This document shows positions 1 through 9,705 of a stretch of 64,000 bases of DNA, in pieces. Within the stretch, counting starts at the first letter, position 1. Each line of letters opens with the position of its first letter. The notes beneath the pieces were generated by a model. The model was given only the letters and a program-made list of their open reading frames with translations. It made no database searches and was not told where the DNA came from. The DNA comes from an uncultured Planctomycetia bacterium (GTDB taxonomy: Bacteria > Omnitrophota > Gorgyraeia > Pluralincolimonadales > Pluralincolimonadaceae): assembly GCA_964650515.1 (NCBI GenBank), contig CAZYUB010000004.1, positions 69,541 to 133,540 on the forward strand. Direction: 5' to 3'. Made by a program: the position numbers and the translations under genes.

Positions 1-846
1 AGGAAGATAAACTTTAACATAACCGGCGGCGAGCCGTTCCTGAGGAAGGACCTCTTCGACCTGCTGCGTTTCCTGGACGGGCAGAAGGAGACCGGAGAGC
101 TCGCGGTAATCACTAATGCGAGCCTGATAGATGAAAAAGCGCTGGAATCGCTAAGCGGCATAAAAAAGCTCAAGGCGGTCAAGGTATCCCTCGACGGCGC
201 GACGGAGAAGACGAACGACGCGATAAGGAAGCCCGGGGCTTTCAGGGCCACGCTCGAGAAGATAAACCTTATCCAGGAGAAGACGCGTTTGGACGTGATC
301 GTAATGCTGACGCTTATGCGCTCGAACTCCTATGAATTGCCGGCGCTCTTCCAGCTCTGCAGGGACCTGCGGGTAAACGGGCTGATGCTCGAGAGGTTCA
401 TCCCGCTCGGGCAGAGCGGGGAGCTGAAATCCGAGGTCATGAAGAAAGAGGACTGGAAGAAGGCCGTAAAGGAGATATGCGAATATATGGAGGTCGACCT
501 TTCCGAGAGCGAGGCGCTGCCGTGCAAGGCCTTCTGGGTCAAATTCGAGGGGGGCGGCGCGAACCTCTTGACGGCGGAATGCAACCTCGGCGAGGACGCG
601 TTCGCGATAATGCCTAACGGCGATCTCTTGCCCTGCCGCAGGTTCGACCTGGTCCTGGGCAACCTTCTCCGCAGGGACCTCGCGTATATCGTGAAGGACA
701 ACGCCGTGCTGCGCGATATCGCCGACAAATCAAAATTAAAAGGGAAGTGCCGCAACTGCCAGATAGGCCGCTGCAACGGATGCAGGGCGCTGGCTTACGC
801 GATGGAAAAAGATTATCTGGCGGAGGACCGCCTTTGCTGGCTATGA
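1..846 (+). CDS. Radical SAM enzyme with C-terminal SPASM/twitch Cys-rich domain (5' partial, continues upstream of window)
   Basis: Frame-1 translation from nt 1 reads [22 protein letters not shown]..., a radical SAM core continuing from upstream. The C-terminus has the SPASM-type cysteine cluster [20 protein letters not shown]. The stop overlaps the ATG of the next gene (ATGA). Confidence 0.75.
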   Translation, partial: RKINFNITGGEPFLRKDLFDLLRFLDGQKETGELAVITNASLIDEKALESLSGIKKLKAVKVSLDGATEKTNDAIRKPGAFRATLEKINLIQEKTRLDVIVMLTLMRSNSYELPALFQLCRDLRVNGLMLERFIPLGQSGELKSEVMKKEDWKKAVKEICEYMEVDLSESEALPCKAFWVKFEGGGANLLTAECNLGEDAFAIMPNGDLLPCRRFDLVLGNLLRRDLAYIVKDNAVLRDIADKSKLKGKCRNCQIGRCNGCRALAYAMEKDYLAEDRLCWL

Positions 847-1883
847 GCAAGACACGGATCATATGCACGCTCGGTCCCGCGAGCGCTTCGCTGCCGGCCA
901 TAAGGAAGATGGGCGAGGCAGGGATGGACGTAGCGCGCCTGAATTTTTCGCATTCCTCGCATAAAGACCAGGAAGCGAAGATAGATATCATAAGGAAGAT
1001 CAATAAGGGGCGCAGGGAGCCGATAAGGATCCTGCAGGACCTCGAGGGATACAGGATAAGGATAGGAAAGCTCGCCGGCGGAAAGCCCGTAGAGGTGAAA
1101 AAACGCCAGAAGGTCATACTGACCAACAGCCGCGCCGTCGGAGGCGGCAGTGTCATACCTTTCGATTACCGCGGGTCGCTGTGCGACATAAGGGGCGCCG
1201 AGTTCATTTATATCGACGACGGCAATATCGCCCTGAAGGTCAGGAGGATATGCAGGGACCGCATAGAGACGTCGGTCTGGGCGGGCGGCGTGATAAAGGA
1301 GAGGAAAGGCGTCAACATGCCCGGCGCGAAGCTGAAGTTCTCCGGCATTACCGCGAAGGACAGGAAGGATATCGCGTTCGGGATAAAGAACAAGGTCGAC
1401 TTCATCGCGCAGTCGTTCGTCAGGAACGAGGAGGATATACTGAAGATCGCGAAGCTCGTGAAGCCGCGCCTCCCGTGCTGCAAGGTCATCGCGAAGATCG
1501 AGAACCGCGACGGCATACGCAACATCGACGAGATAATAGCGGCCTCCGACGGCATCATGATAGCCAGGGGTGACATGGGTGTCTCGATGCCGATACAGCA
1601 GATACCGATAATACAGAAGATAATAATTAAGAGGTGCAACCGCGACGGCAAATTCGTCATAACGGCCACGCAGATGCTCGAGAGCATGACCGAGAGCCTG
1701 CGCCCCACCCGCGCCGAGGTCACCGACGTGGCGAACGCGATAATGGACGGCACGGACTACGTGATGCTCTCCGGCGAGACGGCGGTAGGGCGCCATCCGG
1801 CCGAGACCGTCAGGATGATGGAGAACATAATAGATTTCACCGAAGGATACCTTTACGGCAGGTTCCTGCCTTTAGGAAAATAG
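843..1883 (+). CDS. pyk: Pyruvate kinase (short form, about 347 aa)
   Basis: [40 protein letters not shown]... is a canonical pyruvate kinase N-terminus and barrel. Start chosen at internal Met 33 of ORF 747..1883, which overlaps the upstream stop. Confidence 0.85.
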   Translation: MSKTRIICTLGPASASLPAIRKMGEAGMDVARLNFSHSSHKDQEAKIDIIRKINKGRREPIRILQDLEGYRIRIGKLAGGKPVEVKKRQKVILTNSRAVGGGSVIPFDYRGSLCDIRGAEFIYIDDGNIALKVRRICRDRIETSVWAGGVIKERKGVNMPGAKLKFSGITAKDRKDIAFGIKNKVDFIAQSFVRNEEDILKIAKLVKPRLPCCKVIAKIENRDGIRNIDEIIAASDGIMIARGDMGVSMPIQQIPIIQKIIIKRCNRDGKFVITATQMLESMTESLRPTRAEVTDVANAIMDGTDYVMLSGETAVGRHPAETVRMMENIIDFTEGYLYGRFLPLGK

Positions 1884-1900
1884 AAAAGGGAATACGCGCT

Positions 1901-2149
1901 ATGCCCCATTACGATTACGAATGCCAGAAATGCAAGCATGTATTCGAGGTTTTCCAGTCGATGACCGACAAGCACCTTACGAAATGCCCAAAATGCAAAG
2001 GCCCCGTAAGGCGCCTTATCGGCGGCGGTTCGGGGATAATATTCAAGGGTTCCGGTTTCTACGAGACAGATTACAAGAAGAAGACCGGAGCGAAGCCCTG
2101 CGAAAAGGCGGCGCCAAGCTGCCCGGCGGGCTGCAAGCATAAACATTGA
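1901..2149 (+). CDS. FmdB-family zinc-ribbon regulatory protein
   Basis: MPHYDYECQKCKHVFEVFQSMTDKHLTKCPKCKG... is the classic FmdB CxxC...CxxC zinc ribbon. Start at Met 90 of ORF 1634..2149. Confidence 0.75.
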   Translation: MPHYDYECQKCKHVFEVFQSMTDKHLTKCPKCKGPVRRLIGGGSGIIFKGSGFYETDYKKKTGAKPCEKAAPSCPAGCKHKH

Positions 2150-2150
2150 G

Positions 2151-3200
2151 GTGATGAGGGCCAGGCAAATGCGCGTAGCCATGTATTACGCAAATAACGA
2201 CGTGCGTACCGAAGAGATGCCTGTGCCGGAGATAAGCGGCGGAGAGATGCTCGTGCGCGTCATCGCGAGCGGGATCTGCGGAAGCGACGTCATGGAGTGG
2301 TACCGCAAGGACAGGGTGCCGCTCGTGCTCGGCCACGAGATAGCGGGCACCGTCGAGAAGACAGGCGCAGGAGTCAAAGGCCTGAGGCCTAACGACCGCG
2401 TCGCGGTATCGCACCACGTCCCGTGCGGCTCATGCCGCTATTGCCTGAAAGGCCGTGAGACCGCCTGCGAAACGCTGCGCAAGACGAATTTCTTTCCCGG
2501 GGGCTTCGCGGAGTTTGTCCGCGTCCCGGCGGTAAATATCGAGAAGGGCGGCGTCTACCCCGTGCCGGATAACGTCACGTTCGAGGAAGCGACTTTTGTC
2601 GAGCCGCTCGCGTGCGTGCTAAGGGGGCAGAGGACCGCGGGAGTAAAGAAGGGCGATACGGTCCTTGTCATAGGAAGCGGGATATCGGGCCTGCTGCATA
2701 TTAAATATGCGAGGGCATCCGGCGCGGGCTTAATAGCCGCGACCGACCTGTCAAAATACCGACTCGATGCCGCGCAACGCTTCGGCGCGGACCGCGTATT
2801 CAACGCAGCGGATTATTCGCCGCAGAAATTAAAAGATATGAATAAGGGTCTTCTGGCGGATGTCGTGATAATATGCGCCGGCGCGGCGCCTGCCGTGCAG
2901 CAGGGCCTGGACTCCGTCGAACGGGGCGGCACCGTGCTTTTCTTCGCGGCCGCCGAAAAAGGCCTCGCGATAAGCAAGCCCATAAACGACATATTCTGGA
3001 GGACCGAGGCCACGCTTACGAGTTCCTATGCCGCCACTCCCGCGGAACATCTCGAGGCGATGCGCCTGATCGGCTCGGGCAGGGTCGGCGTAAAGGACAT
3101 GATAACCCACAGGTTCGGCCTCGCGGGGGCACAGGAAGGTTTCGGGCTCGTCGCCGGGGCCGGGGATTCCATAAAGGTAATAATCAACCCCCACAGCTGA
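2151..3200 (+). CDS. Zn-dependent alcohol/threonine/sorbitol dehydrogenase (MDR superfamily)
   Basis: GICGSDVMEW, GHEIAGTV and CGSCRYCLKGRETAC are the catalytic and structural Zn motifs. A Rossmann GxGxxG (VIGSGISG) is present. Confidence 0.85.
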   Translation: MMRARQMRVAMYYANNDVRTEEMPVPEISGGEMLVRVIASGICGSDVMEWYRKDRVPLVLGHEIAGTVEKTGAGVKGLRPNDRVAVSHHVPCGSCRYCLKGRETACETLRKTNFFPGGFAEFVRVPAVNIEKGGVYPVPDNVTFEEATFVEPLACVLRGQRTAGVKKGDTVLVIGSGISGLLHIKYARASGAGLIAATDLSKYRLDAAQRFGADRVFNAADYSPQKLKDMNKGLLADVVIICAGAAPAVQQGLDSVERGGTVLFFAAAEKGLAISKPINDIFWRTEATLTSSYAATPAEHLEAMRLIGSGRVGVKDMITHRFGLAGAQEGFGLVAGAGDSIKVIINPHS

Positions 3201-3266
3201 TTCGCTTCGCGAATCAATGCGCTGGGGGTAATTCGGCCTGAGGGCCTAATTAAAAGGAGGCATGCC

Positions 3267-3824
3267 ATGGCAGCTGTTTTTGTACTGCTTATCGTAGTGA
3301 TCGCAGTGGTGCTCTGGCTCATCGGGGCCTATAACGGCCTCGTGCAGCTTAAGCTCAGGGTCACGAACGGGTGGGCCCAGATAGACGTCCAGCTCAAGAG
3401 GAGGCACGACCTTATACCGAACCTCGTCGAGACCGCAAAGGGTTACATGAAGTTCGAGAAGGAGACGCTCGAGAGCGTCATAAAGGCGCGCACGCAGGCG
3501 ACACAGGCGACCTCGGTCAAGGACAAGGAAGGCGCGGAGAACCTGCTGACCGGCGCCTTGCGTTCGCTCTTTGCCGTATCAGAAAAATACCCGGAATTGA
3601 AGGCCAACCAGAACATGCTGGCCCTGCAGGAAGAGCTTACCTCTACCGAGAACAAGATCGCCTTCGCCAGGCAGTATTACAACGACGAAGTGACAAGGTA
3701 TAACACAACGGTCAAGATGTTCCCGACGAATACCGTCGCCTCGATGTTCGGGTTCGCCGTCGCGGAATTCTTCGAACTGAAAGACCTCGCGGAGAAAGAG
3801 CCGCCGAAAGTGTCCTTCGCGTAG
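3267..3824 (+). CDS. LemA family membrane protein
   Basis: N-terminal TM helix followed by the LemA consensus (NGLVQLKLRVTNGWAQIDVQLKRRHDLIPNLVETAK...). Confidence 0.85.
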   Translation: MAAVFVLLIVVIAVVLWLIGAYNGLVQLKLRVTNGWAQIDVQLKRRHDLIPNLVETAKGYMKFEKETLESVIKARTQATQATSVKDKEGAENLLTGALRSLFAVSEKYPELKANQNMLALQEELTSTENKIAFARQYYNDEVTRYNTTVKMFPTNTVASMFGFAVAEFFELKDLAEKEPPKVSFA

Positions 3825-3831
3825 GAAGCGG

Positions 3832-5520
3832 ATGTCCTATTCATTCGTAGAGATAGAAAAACAGAAGACGTGGGTCATTAAGTCGGTCTTCGTCTTCCTG
3901 CTCGCCTTTTATTTCATCATCGCCGAGATACTTTGGCTCGTGACAAAGGCGTTCTTTTCCGAACCGCTCGCTTCGGGCCTTACGGGCCGCGCGCCGCTCT
4001 TCACGCCCGCGGAAGCGCTGCTCGTCTTCGCGGTGTCGTTCCTGATCGCCTATACGCACTGGTATTTTTCAACGAGGGACATGATCACGGGCATCCTCAC
4101 TATGCTCGACGCCCACAGCCCGGACAAAAGGGACTCCTACCACAGGGTGTTCAGGAACGTCGTCGATGAGGTCTCTATCGCCACCGGGGGAATGCACATA
4201 GATTGCTACGTCGTGCCGGTCTCCGGCATGAATGCGTTCGCGATATCCGACGGCAAAGGCGCCGCCGTGATAGGCATCACGGAAGGGTTGCTCTCGCGCC
4301 TGAACAGGAGCCAACTCGAGGCGGTAGTGGGCCACGAGGCCGCGCATATAGCGTCCGGGGACAGCTTCTCTACTACGGTCATATGCTCTCTATTCGGCGT
4401 TTATGCCGCCCTGCTCGATGTGGTCAACCGTTTGACGTTAAGGGACTCCTCGGACAGGGACGACCACGGGATAAATATCGGCTCACGGTTCGCCGCTTAC
4501 CTCATCGTCGTGTCTGTAATACTTGCCGTAGTCAAGCAGGTCAACCTGCTTTTGAACATGTTCGTATCGAGGCAGAGGGAATACCGGGCGGACGCCGTCG
4601 CGGTTAGGTTAACACGCAACCCGATAGCGCTCGCCGAATCCCTTTATATAATATCGAGGGGATGGCGCGGTGTGGGGGCGGTGCCGGAGTCGCTGGCGCC
4701 GTTGTTCATTATAAACACGGACCTGAAGGCATTCGACGAGGCCGACGGGCTCTTTCCCGACCTCTTCTCGACGCATCCTCCGGTCAGGCAGCGGCTCGCG
4801 GTATTGCTGGACATGGCCCACGCGGACCTCGCGGGGCTGAAAAAGTCTATAAGGCCGCTTCCCAAAGTGCCGGCCGATACGGGAAAGGTCGCACCGGATG
4901 ACATATTCGAATCCCCGGTCAAGGACTGGATATTGTACAAGGATAATTCGTGGCAGGGTCCGTTCACCATGGCCGACCTGCTCTCGTTAGGGATAGACCC
5001 GTCCTCCTGGATATCGAACGTCAGGGAAGGGGTCATCAAGCACGCCGCCGAGGATGCTGCCGTTACGCAGGCGATCAAAGACAGGGCCGGCAAGGGGCCG
5101 GTCAGGTCGACCGCCGGGGGCGACTGCCCCCGCTGCAAACAATCCCTCACCGAGATGCTCTACGAAGGCGCGCCTGTGCTCGACTGCGGTTTTTGCGGAG
5201 GGATATACGCCAAGAGGAACGTAGTGTCGAGGGTCCTTGCGAGGGAGAATTACTCGTTCTCGCAGGAGGTGAAGGATATCGCCGACTCGCTGCAGAAGGT
5301 CATGTGGCTCTCGCCGCGCCCGAACCACTACAGGATAACCGACCCGCTCGACTGCCCTTCGTGCGGGAAGAAGATGTACCGCGGATTCTTCTCGTACGGG
5401 CTTCCAGTTGAGATAGACCGCTGCCCGGCGTGCGACAGCATATGGTTCGACAGGAATGAGCTGGAGATGCTCCAGTACCTCATAGAGAAGAACAGGGTTC
5501 TTGAAATCGGCCGAAGATAG
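3832..5520 (+). CDS. M48-family (HtpX-like) zinc metallopeptidase with C-terminal GYF_2-like domain and two zf-TFIIB-type zinc ribbons
   Basis: N-terminal TM helices precede the HExxH motif (VVGHEAAHIASGD). A GYF_2/DUF4339-like stretch follows (DWILYKDNSWQGPFTMADLL). Then come two CPxC...C..C...W.DxxEL ribbons (CPRCKQSLTEM...CGFCGGIY and CPSCGKKMYRG...CPACDSIWFDRNELEML). Confidence 0.8.
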   Translation: MSYSFVEIEKQKTWVIKSVFVFLLAFYFIIAEILWLVTKAFFSEPLASGLTGRAPLFTPAEALLVFAVSFLIAYTHWYFSTRDMITGILTMLDAHSPDKRDSYHRVFRNVVDEVSIATGGMHIDCYVVPVSGMNAFAISDGKGAAVIGITEGLLSRLNRSQLEAVVGHEAAHIASGDSFSTTVICSLFGVYAALLDVVNRLTLRDSSDRDDHGINIGSRFAAYLIVVSVILAVVKQVNLLLNMFVSRQREYRADAVAVRLTRNPIALAESLYIISRGWRGVGAVPESLAPLFIINTDLKAFDEADGLFPDLFSTHPPVRQRLAVLLDMAHADLAGLKKSIRPLPKVPADTGKVAPDDIFESPVKDWILYKDNSWQGPFTMADLLSLGIDPSSWISNVREGVIKHAAEDAAVTQAIKDRAGKGPVRSTAGGDCPRCKQSLTEMLYEGAPVLDCGFCGGIYAKRNVVSRVLARENYSFSQEVKDIADSLQKVMWLSPRPNHYRITDPLDCPSCGKKMYRGFFSYGLPVEIDRCPACDSIWFDRNELEMLQYLIEKNRVLEIGRR

Positions 5521-5559
5521 GGTATAATTAGAAACACCCGCCAAATAAGGAGATACAGC

Positions 5560-6354
5560 ATGGATTGGGGCATTAAGAACCGCCTTAGCCGCATAATAAA
5601 GAATGACGGCCGCACAGTGATGCTTGCCGTCGACCACGGATATTTCCTCGGGCCGGTATCCAAGCTCGAGGACCCCGCAAAGACGATAAAGCCGCTGCTG
5701 CCTTACACGGACGCGCTGATGCCTACGCGAGGCGTTCTGCGCAACTGCGTCGACGCGTCGAGCGAGATACCGATAGTCCTGAGAGCTTCGGGCGGTAACA
5801 GCATAATAGGCGAAGACCTTTCGAACGAGGAGATAACGGTCTCGATGAAGGACGCGGTCCGGCTGAACGTCTCGGCGGTCGCGTTCTCGATATATATCGG
5901 CTCGAAGCACGAGCACCAGACCATCGTCAATTTCGCGAAACTCGTCGACGAAGGCATGGAGTACGGGATGCCCGTCCTTGCCGTGACCGCCGTCGGCAAA
6001 GAGCTGGAAAAAAGGGACGCGCGTTACCTCTCTCTATGCTGCCGGCTTGCGGCTGAGATGGGCGCGAGTTTCGTCAAGACGTATTACTGCGATGATTTCG
6101 AGAAGGTCGTCAGGAGCTGCCCGGTCCCGGTGGTCATTGCGGGAGGGCCGAAGCTCAAGACCGAATTCGACGCGCTCGGGATCGCCTGCGACGCGATAAA
6201 GCGCGGCGCGGCCGGCGTGGACATGGGGCGCAACATTTGGCAATCCGAAGACCCGGTCGCGATGATAAAGGCCGTCAGGGCGATCGTGCACGACGGCATA
6301 ACTTTCAAAAAAGCGCAGGATATGCTTAAGGGGCTCCGGAAGAAACACGCTTAA
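5560..6354 (+). CDS. Class I aldolase of the DhnA/DeoC family (fructose-bisphosphate aldolase or ADH-synthase-like)
   Basis: MLAVDHGYFLGP...VKTYY...GAAGVDMGRNIWQ follows the pattern of archaeal-type class I FBP aldolases. Confidence 0.7.
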   Translation: MDWGIKNRLSRIIKNDGRTVMLAVDHGYFLGPVSKLEDPAKTIKPLLPYTDALMPTRGVLRNCVDASSEIPIVLRASGGNSIIGEDLSNEEITVSMKDAVRLNVSAVAFSIYIGSKHEHQTIVNFAKLVDEGMEYGMPVLAVTAVGKELEKRDARYLSLCCRLAAEMGASFVKTYYCDDFEKVVRSCPVPVVIAGGPKLKTEFDALGIACDAIKRGAAGVDMGRNIWQSEDPVAMIKAVRAIVHDGITFKKAQDMLKGLRKKHA

Positions 6355-6367
6355 AGCAAGGGGGAAT

Positions 6368-9124
6368 ATGTTCGTTAACCTGTTCGCGAAGAACGACGAC
6401 TGGATAAAGAACAACAAGGCCTGCTTCAAGCTTCTTGATGATTTCGGCGTGGGCGTCTCCGTCATCAACCCGAAGATGGAAATAATCGCCCTGAACAAGG
6501 TCATGAAGAGGTGGTTTCCCGGGGTCGACCCGAAATCCCGGCCGATATGCCATAAATCCTTCAACTTCCCCCCCAGGAATTCAGTATGCCCGTACTGCCC
6601 GACTATGAAGACGCTTAACGACGGCAAGGTGCACGAGGCCGTCACCGAGACGCCCTACGGCGGGAAGACCATAAACTACCGCATCGTCTCGTCCCCGGTA
6701 GAGGACGATAAAGGCAATGTAGTGGCCGCTATAGAGGTCGTCGAGGACGTCACCGATAAGATGCGTGCGGAGAAACAGCTGCGGGACGCCGAGGACCTTT
6801 ACCATACCACGATCAATTCCCTCAATTACCCGATACATGTCATAGACGGGAATATGAAGATCATATTCATAAACGATACCTTCAAGTCCTGGGGCAGGAG
6901 CCTCGGGCTGAAGCCGGATCTCGTCGGCCTCGATGTCTACGCGGCGTTCCCTTTCCTGCCGGCAAAGGCGAGGGAAGAGTATAACCGCGTATTCCGCTCG
7001 GGCAGGCCCCTTACGACGGAGGAATCGGTCACCGTCGGCGGGAGGGAGATAATATCCGAGACCCAGAAGATACCTATCCTCGAGAGGGGCCGGACGGTAA
7101 AGATCATAACGATAGTCCTGGATATAACACGCATCAGGAAGAACGACAGCCTCATGGGGGATATCAGGCGCCGGCAGGAGGCGATCCTGAACAACATCCC
7201 CGATATGGCGTGGCTTAAGGACAAGGACAGCAGGTTCATCGCCGTCAATGAGCCGTTCGGCAGGGCCTGCGGGATGAGGCCTTCCGATATCGCGGGAAAG
7301 ACCGACCTGGATGTGTGGCCTAAGGAGTTGGCGGAAAAATACCGCGCGGACGACAAGGAGACCATGGTTTCGGGCAAAAGGAAAGTCGTTGAGGAGACCG
7401 TAGCCGATATAGAAAAAAAGATAAGATGGATCGAGACTATAAAGACGCCCGTATACGACGAAAAGGGCAATTGCGTCGGAACGACAGGGATTGCGAGGGA
7501 CATCACCAACAGGAGAGAGCTGGAGGAAAGGATAAAAGAGTCCGAAGAGAAGTACAGGAAGCTCTTTGAGGCGGCTAATGATGCCATCATGATAGCGGAT
7601 ATCAAGACGGGCAAACTGGTAGACGTGAACAGGCAGGCGGAGAAGCTGATGGGCACGCCCAGGCAGGACCTGGTCGGGTCGCACCAGCTTAAGCTCCATC
7701 CCCCGGAAGACGCGGATATCTACAGGGAAAAATTCGGCAATATCGTCAGGGAAGCCATAGAGAACCGCAGCGAGAAGCTGCCGTCGGTAGAGGGCGAGAT
7801 AATAAATTCCGCGGGCGAGAAGATACCCGTATATATAAATGCGTCTTTCCTCGAGCTGGGGGGCAAGGCGGTCGTCCAGGGTGTCTTCAGGGACATGTCG
7901 GAGCTCAGGAAGATAGAGCGTGAGAAGAAAGAGGCCGAGGCGCTCGCGCTGATAGACCCGCATACGCAGCTTTATAATTACAGGTATTTCCAGAGGAGGA
8001 TACATTCAGAGCTCGAGCTCGCGAAGAGGCGCTCGACCCCGCTCTCCGTCCTCATGATAGATATCGATTATTTCAAGTCGGTCAACGATACCTTCGGCCA
8101 CGAATACGGCGATGTCGTCCTGCAGGAGTTCGCTATTCTGCTGCAGCATACCTGCCGGGGCATAGATGTAGTCACGAGGTTCGAGGGGGAGGATTTCGCA
8201 GTGATCCTTCCGGATACGGACGGCCGCGGCGCGTATGCTTTCGCCGAGAGGATACAGAAGGTCATCAAGAAGCACCGGTTCGGCTCGAACAGGGTAAAGC
8301 TCAGGGTCAGTATAGGAGTCTCCGCCTATCCGGAAGACAATATAGCCACCGTCGATAACCTGCTTACGGCGGTGGAGAGATGCGTGCGCCTCGCGAAGGA
8401 CCAGGGCGGCAATACGATAACGACAGCCGCGCAGCTCCGGAAGAAGAAAATAAAAGAGGTAATGCCCGACCGCGAGTCGAAGGAGCGCGTCAGCGCGATA
8501 ACAAAGAAGTTCGTGGACCTGCTCAGGCGCAACAGGCAGAATACCATTGAGGCGGTGTACGCGCTGGCCCATACCGTGGGAGCCAAGAACGCTTATACCG
8601 AAGAGCATTCCGAGGATATGGTCAAGTACAGCACTGAGGTCGGCAGGAAGATGGGTCTCTCCGATGAGGACATTGAGGACATCAGGCACGGCGCGATGCT
8701 CCACGACATCGGGAAGCTCGGTATAAGCGAAAAGATACTTCTAAAGCGCGGCAAGCTGACGAAGAAGGAATATGATATAATAAAGAAGCACCCGCAGATA
8801 GGCGCCGATATAATCAGGCCCGTCCATTTCCTGAAGAACGTCGTGCCGATAATATTGCACCACCACGAGAGGTATGACGGCTACGGTTACGGGTCGAAAT
8901 TAAAGGGGGATGAGATACCCGTCGGCGCGAGGATAGTCGCGGTCGTAGACGTATACCAGGCGCTCGTCTCGAACAGGCCCTACCGCAAGGCGTATCCGAG
9001 GAGGGAGGCGCTGAAGATAATAAAGGACGAGTCAGGAACGCATTTTGACCCGAAGGTGGTCAAGGTCTTCCTGGAGATGCTCGCAAAAGAAAAAGAGAAG
9101 AAAATAAAGAGGAGGTCGAGATGA
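6368..9124 (+). CDS. Multi-PAS signalling protein with degenerate GGDEF domain and HD-GYP phosphodiesterase domain (c-di-GMP turnover or sensing)
   Basis: Three or four PAS-like repeats are followed by a GGDEF fold carrying RGID (RxxD I-site) and RFEGEDF in place of GG(D/E)EF. The C-terminus has HDIGK and HHHERYDGYGYG (HD-GYP-type). The stop overlaps the start of the next gene (ATGA). Confidence 0.85.
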   Translation: MFVNLFAKNDDWIKNNKACFKLLDDFGVGVSVINPKMEIIALNKVMKRWFPGVDPKSRPICHKSFNFPPRNSVCPYCPTMKTLNDGKVHEAVTETPYGGKTINYRIVSSPVEDDKGNVVAAIEVVEDVTDKMRAEKQLRDAEDLYHTTINSLNYPIHVIDGNMKIIFINDTFKSWGRSLGLKPDLVGLDVYAAFPFLPAKAREEYNRVFRSGRPLTTEESVTVGGREIISETQKIPILERGRTVKIITIVLDITRIRKNDSLMGDIRRRQEAILNNIPDMAWLKDKDSRFIAVNEPFGRACGMRPSDIAGKTDLDVWPKELAEKYRADDKETMVSGKRKVVEETVADIEKKIRWIETIKTPVYDEKGNCVGTTGIARDITNRRELEERIKESEEKYRKLFEAANDAIMIADIKTGKLVDVNRQAEKLMGTPRQDLVGSHQLKLHPPEDADIYREKFGNIVREAIENRSEKLPSVEGEIINSAGEKIPVYINASFLELGGKAVVQGVFRDMSELRKIEREKKEAEALALIDPHTQLYNYRYFQRRIHSELELAKRRSTPLSVLMIDIDYFKSVNDTFGHEYGDVVLQEFAILLQHTCRGIDVVTRFEGEDFAVILPDTDGRGAYAFAERIQKVIKKHRFGSNRVKLRVSIGVSAYPEDNIATVDNLLTAVERCVRLAKDQGGNTITTAAQLRKKKIKEVMPDRESKERVSAITKKFVDLLRRNRQNTIEAVYALAHTVGAKNAYTEEHSEDMVKYSTEVGRKMGLSDEDIEDIRHGAMLHDIGKLGISEKILLKRGKLTKKEYDIIKKHPQIGADIIRPVHFLKNVVPIILHHHERYDGYGYGSKLKGDEIPVGARIVAVVDVYQALVSNRPYRKAYPRREALKIIKDESGTHFDPKVVKVFLEMLAKEKEKKIKRRSR

Positions 9125-9675
9125 GGTATTTGTTTGGGGCGGCCGCTATCATGCTAATATTATGCGGGACGGCGTACGGCGAGGGCAATATTGTACCGAA
9201 CGCGAGCTTCGAGGAACTCAAGGGCTTCGACGGCGAGAATCCCGCGGGCTGGTGGTCATGGAACTCCGATTATAACGGGCTTACGGCATCGGCGAGCAGG
9301 ACCGGCGAACAGGCGGTGCAGATCGGCGCCGAAGCGAACAACGAGACGCATAGCGGCGTATTATACCGTTACCGCAACGTGGTCCCGGGCAAGATATACG
9401 ATTTCTCCTGTTACGTCAAGAACTCCACTACGGACCCGATAACCGGCGGCGCTTACGGCCAGTTGAGCATAGAATGGCTCAAGAACGAGAAAGAGACAGA
9501 GCGCACATGGGGCGTGACATGGGGGCCTGACATATCGGATGCCGACTGGAAGAAAGTCGAGATGAGCGCGATCGCTCCGGCAGGCGCGGATGCCTGCAAT
9601 TTCGTGATACAGTTCTTCCGCAAGGACGGCTCGGGCAGTTTCTTCGCGGATGACGTAATGGTAGAGGAAAAATAA
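9121..9675 (+). CDS. Secreted beta-sandwich (CBM4/9-like) protein, family X paralog
   Basis: Signal peptide (MRYLFGAAAIMLILCGTAYG), then NASFEEL...W.W....GL...R.G..A..I...YRY..V.PGK.Y.FSCYVKN...G.AYGQLSIEW...CNFVIQFF...FFADDV. Paralogous to 9706, 11084 and 12641. Confidence 0.6.
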   Translation: MRYLFGAAAIMLILCGTAYGEGNIVPNASFEELKGFDGENPAGWWSWNSDYNGLTASASRTGEQAVQIGAEANNETHSGVLYRYRNVVPGKIYDFSCYVKNSTTDPITGGAYGQLSIEWLKNEKETERTWGVTWGPDISDADWKKVEMSAIAPAGADACNFVIQFFRKDGSGSFFADDVMVEEK

Positions 9676-9705
9676 CGGGGATGTTGGGGAGAAAGGCGCG
9701 CTATC

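Noticed and set aside
813-1796. Long antisense ORFs opposite real genes. Besides this one they include 4987..5916, 6581..8005, 14646..16172, 22406..23236, 25325..26092, 41965..42843, 45525..46934, 48444..49463 and 59867..60757 on the minus strand.
   Set aside because: These are typical high-GC shadow ORFs. Their translations are Arg/Pro/Ala-rich and low-complexity with no domain signatures, and each lies opposite a strongly supported plus-strand gene.
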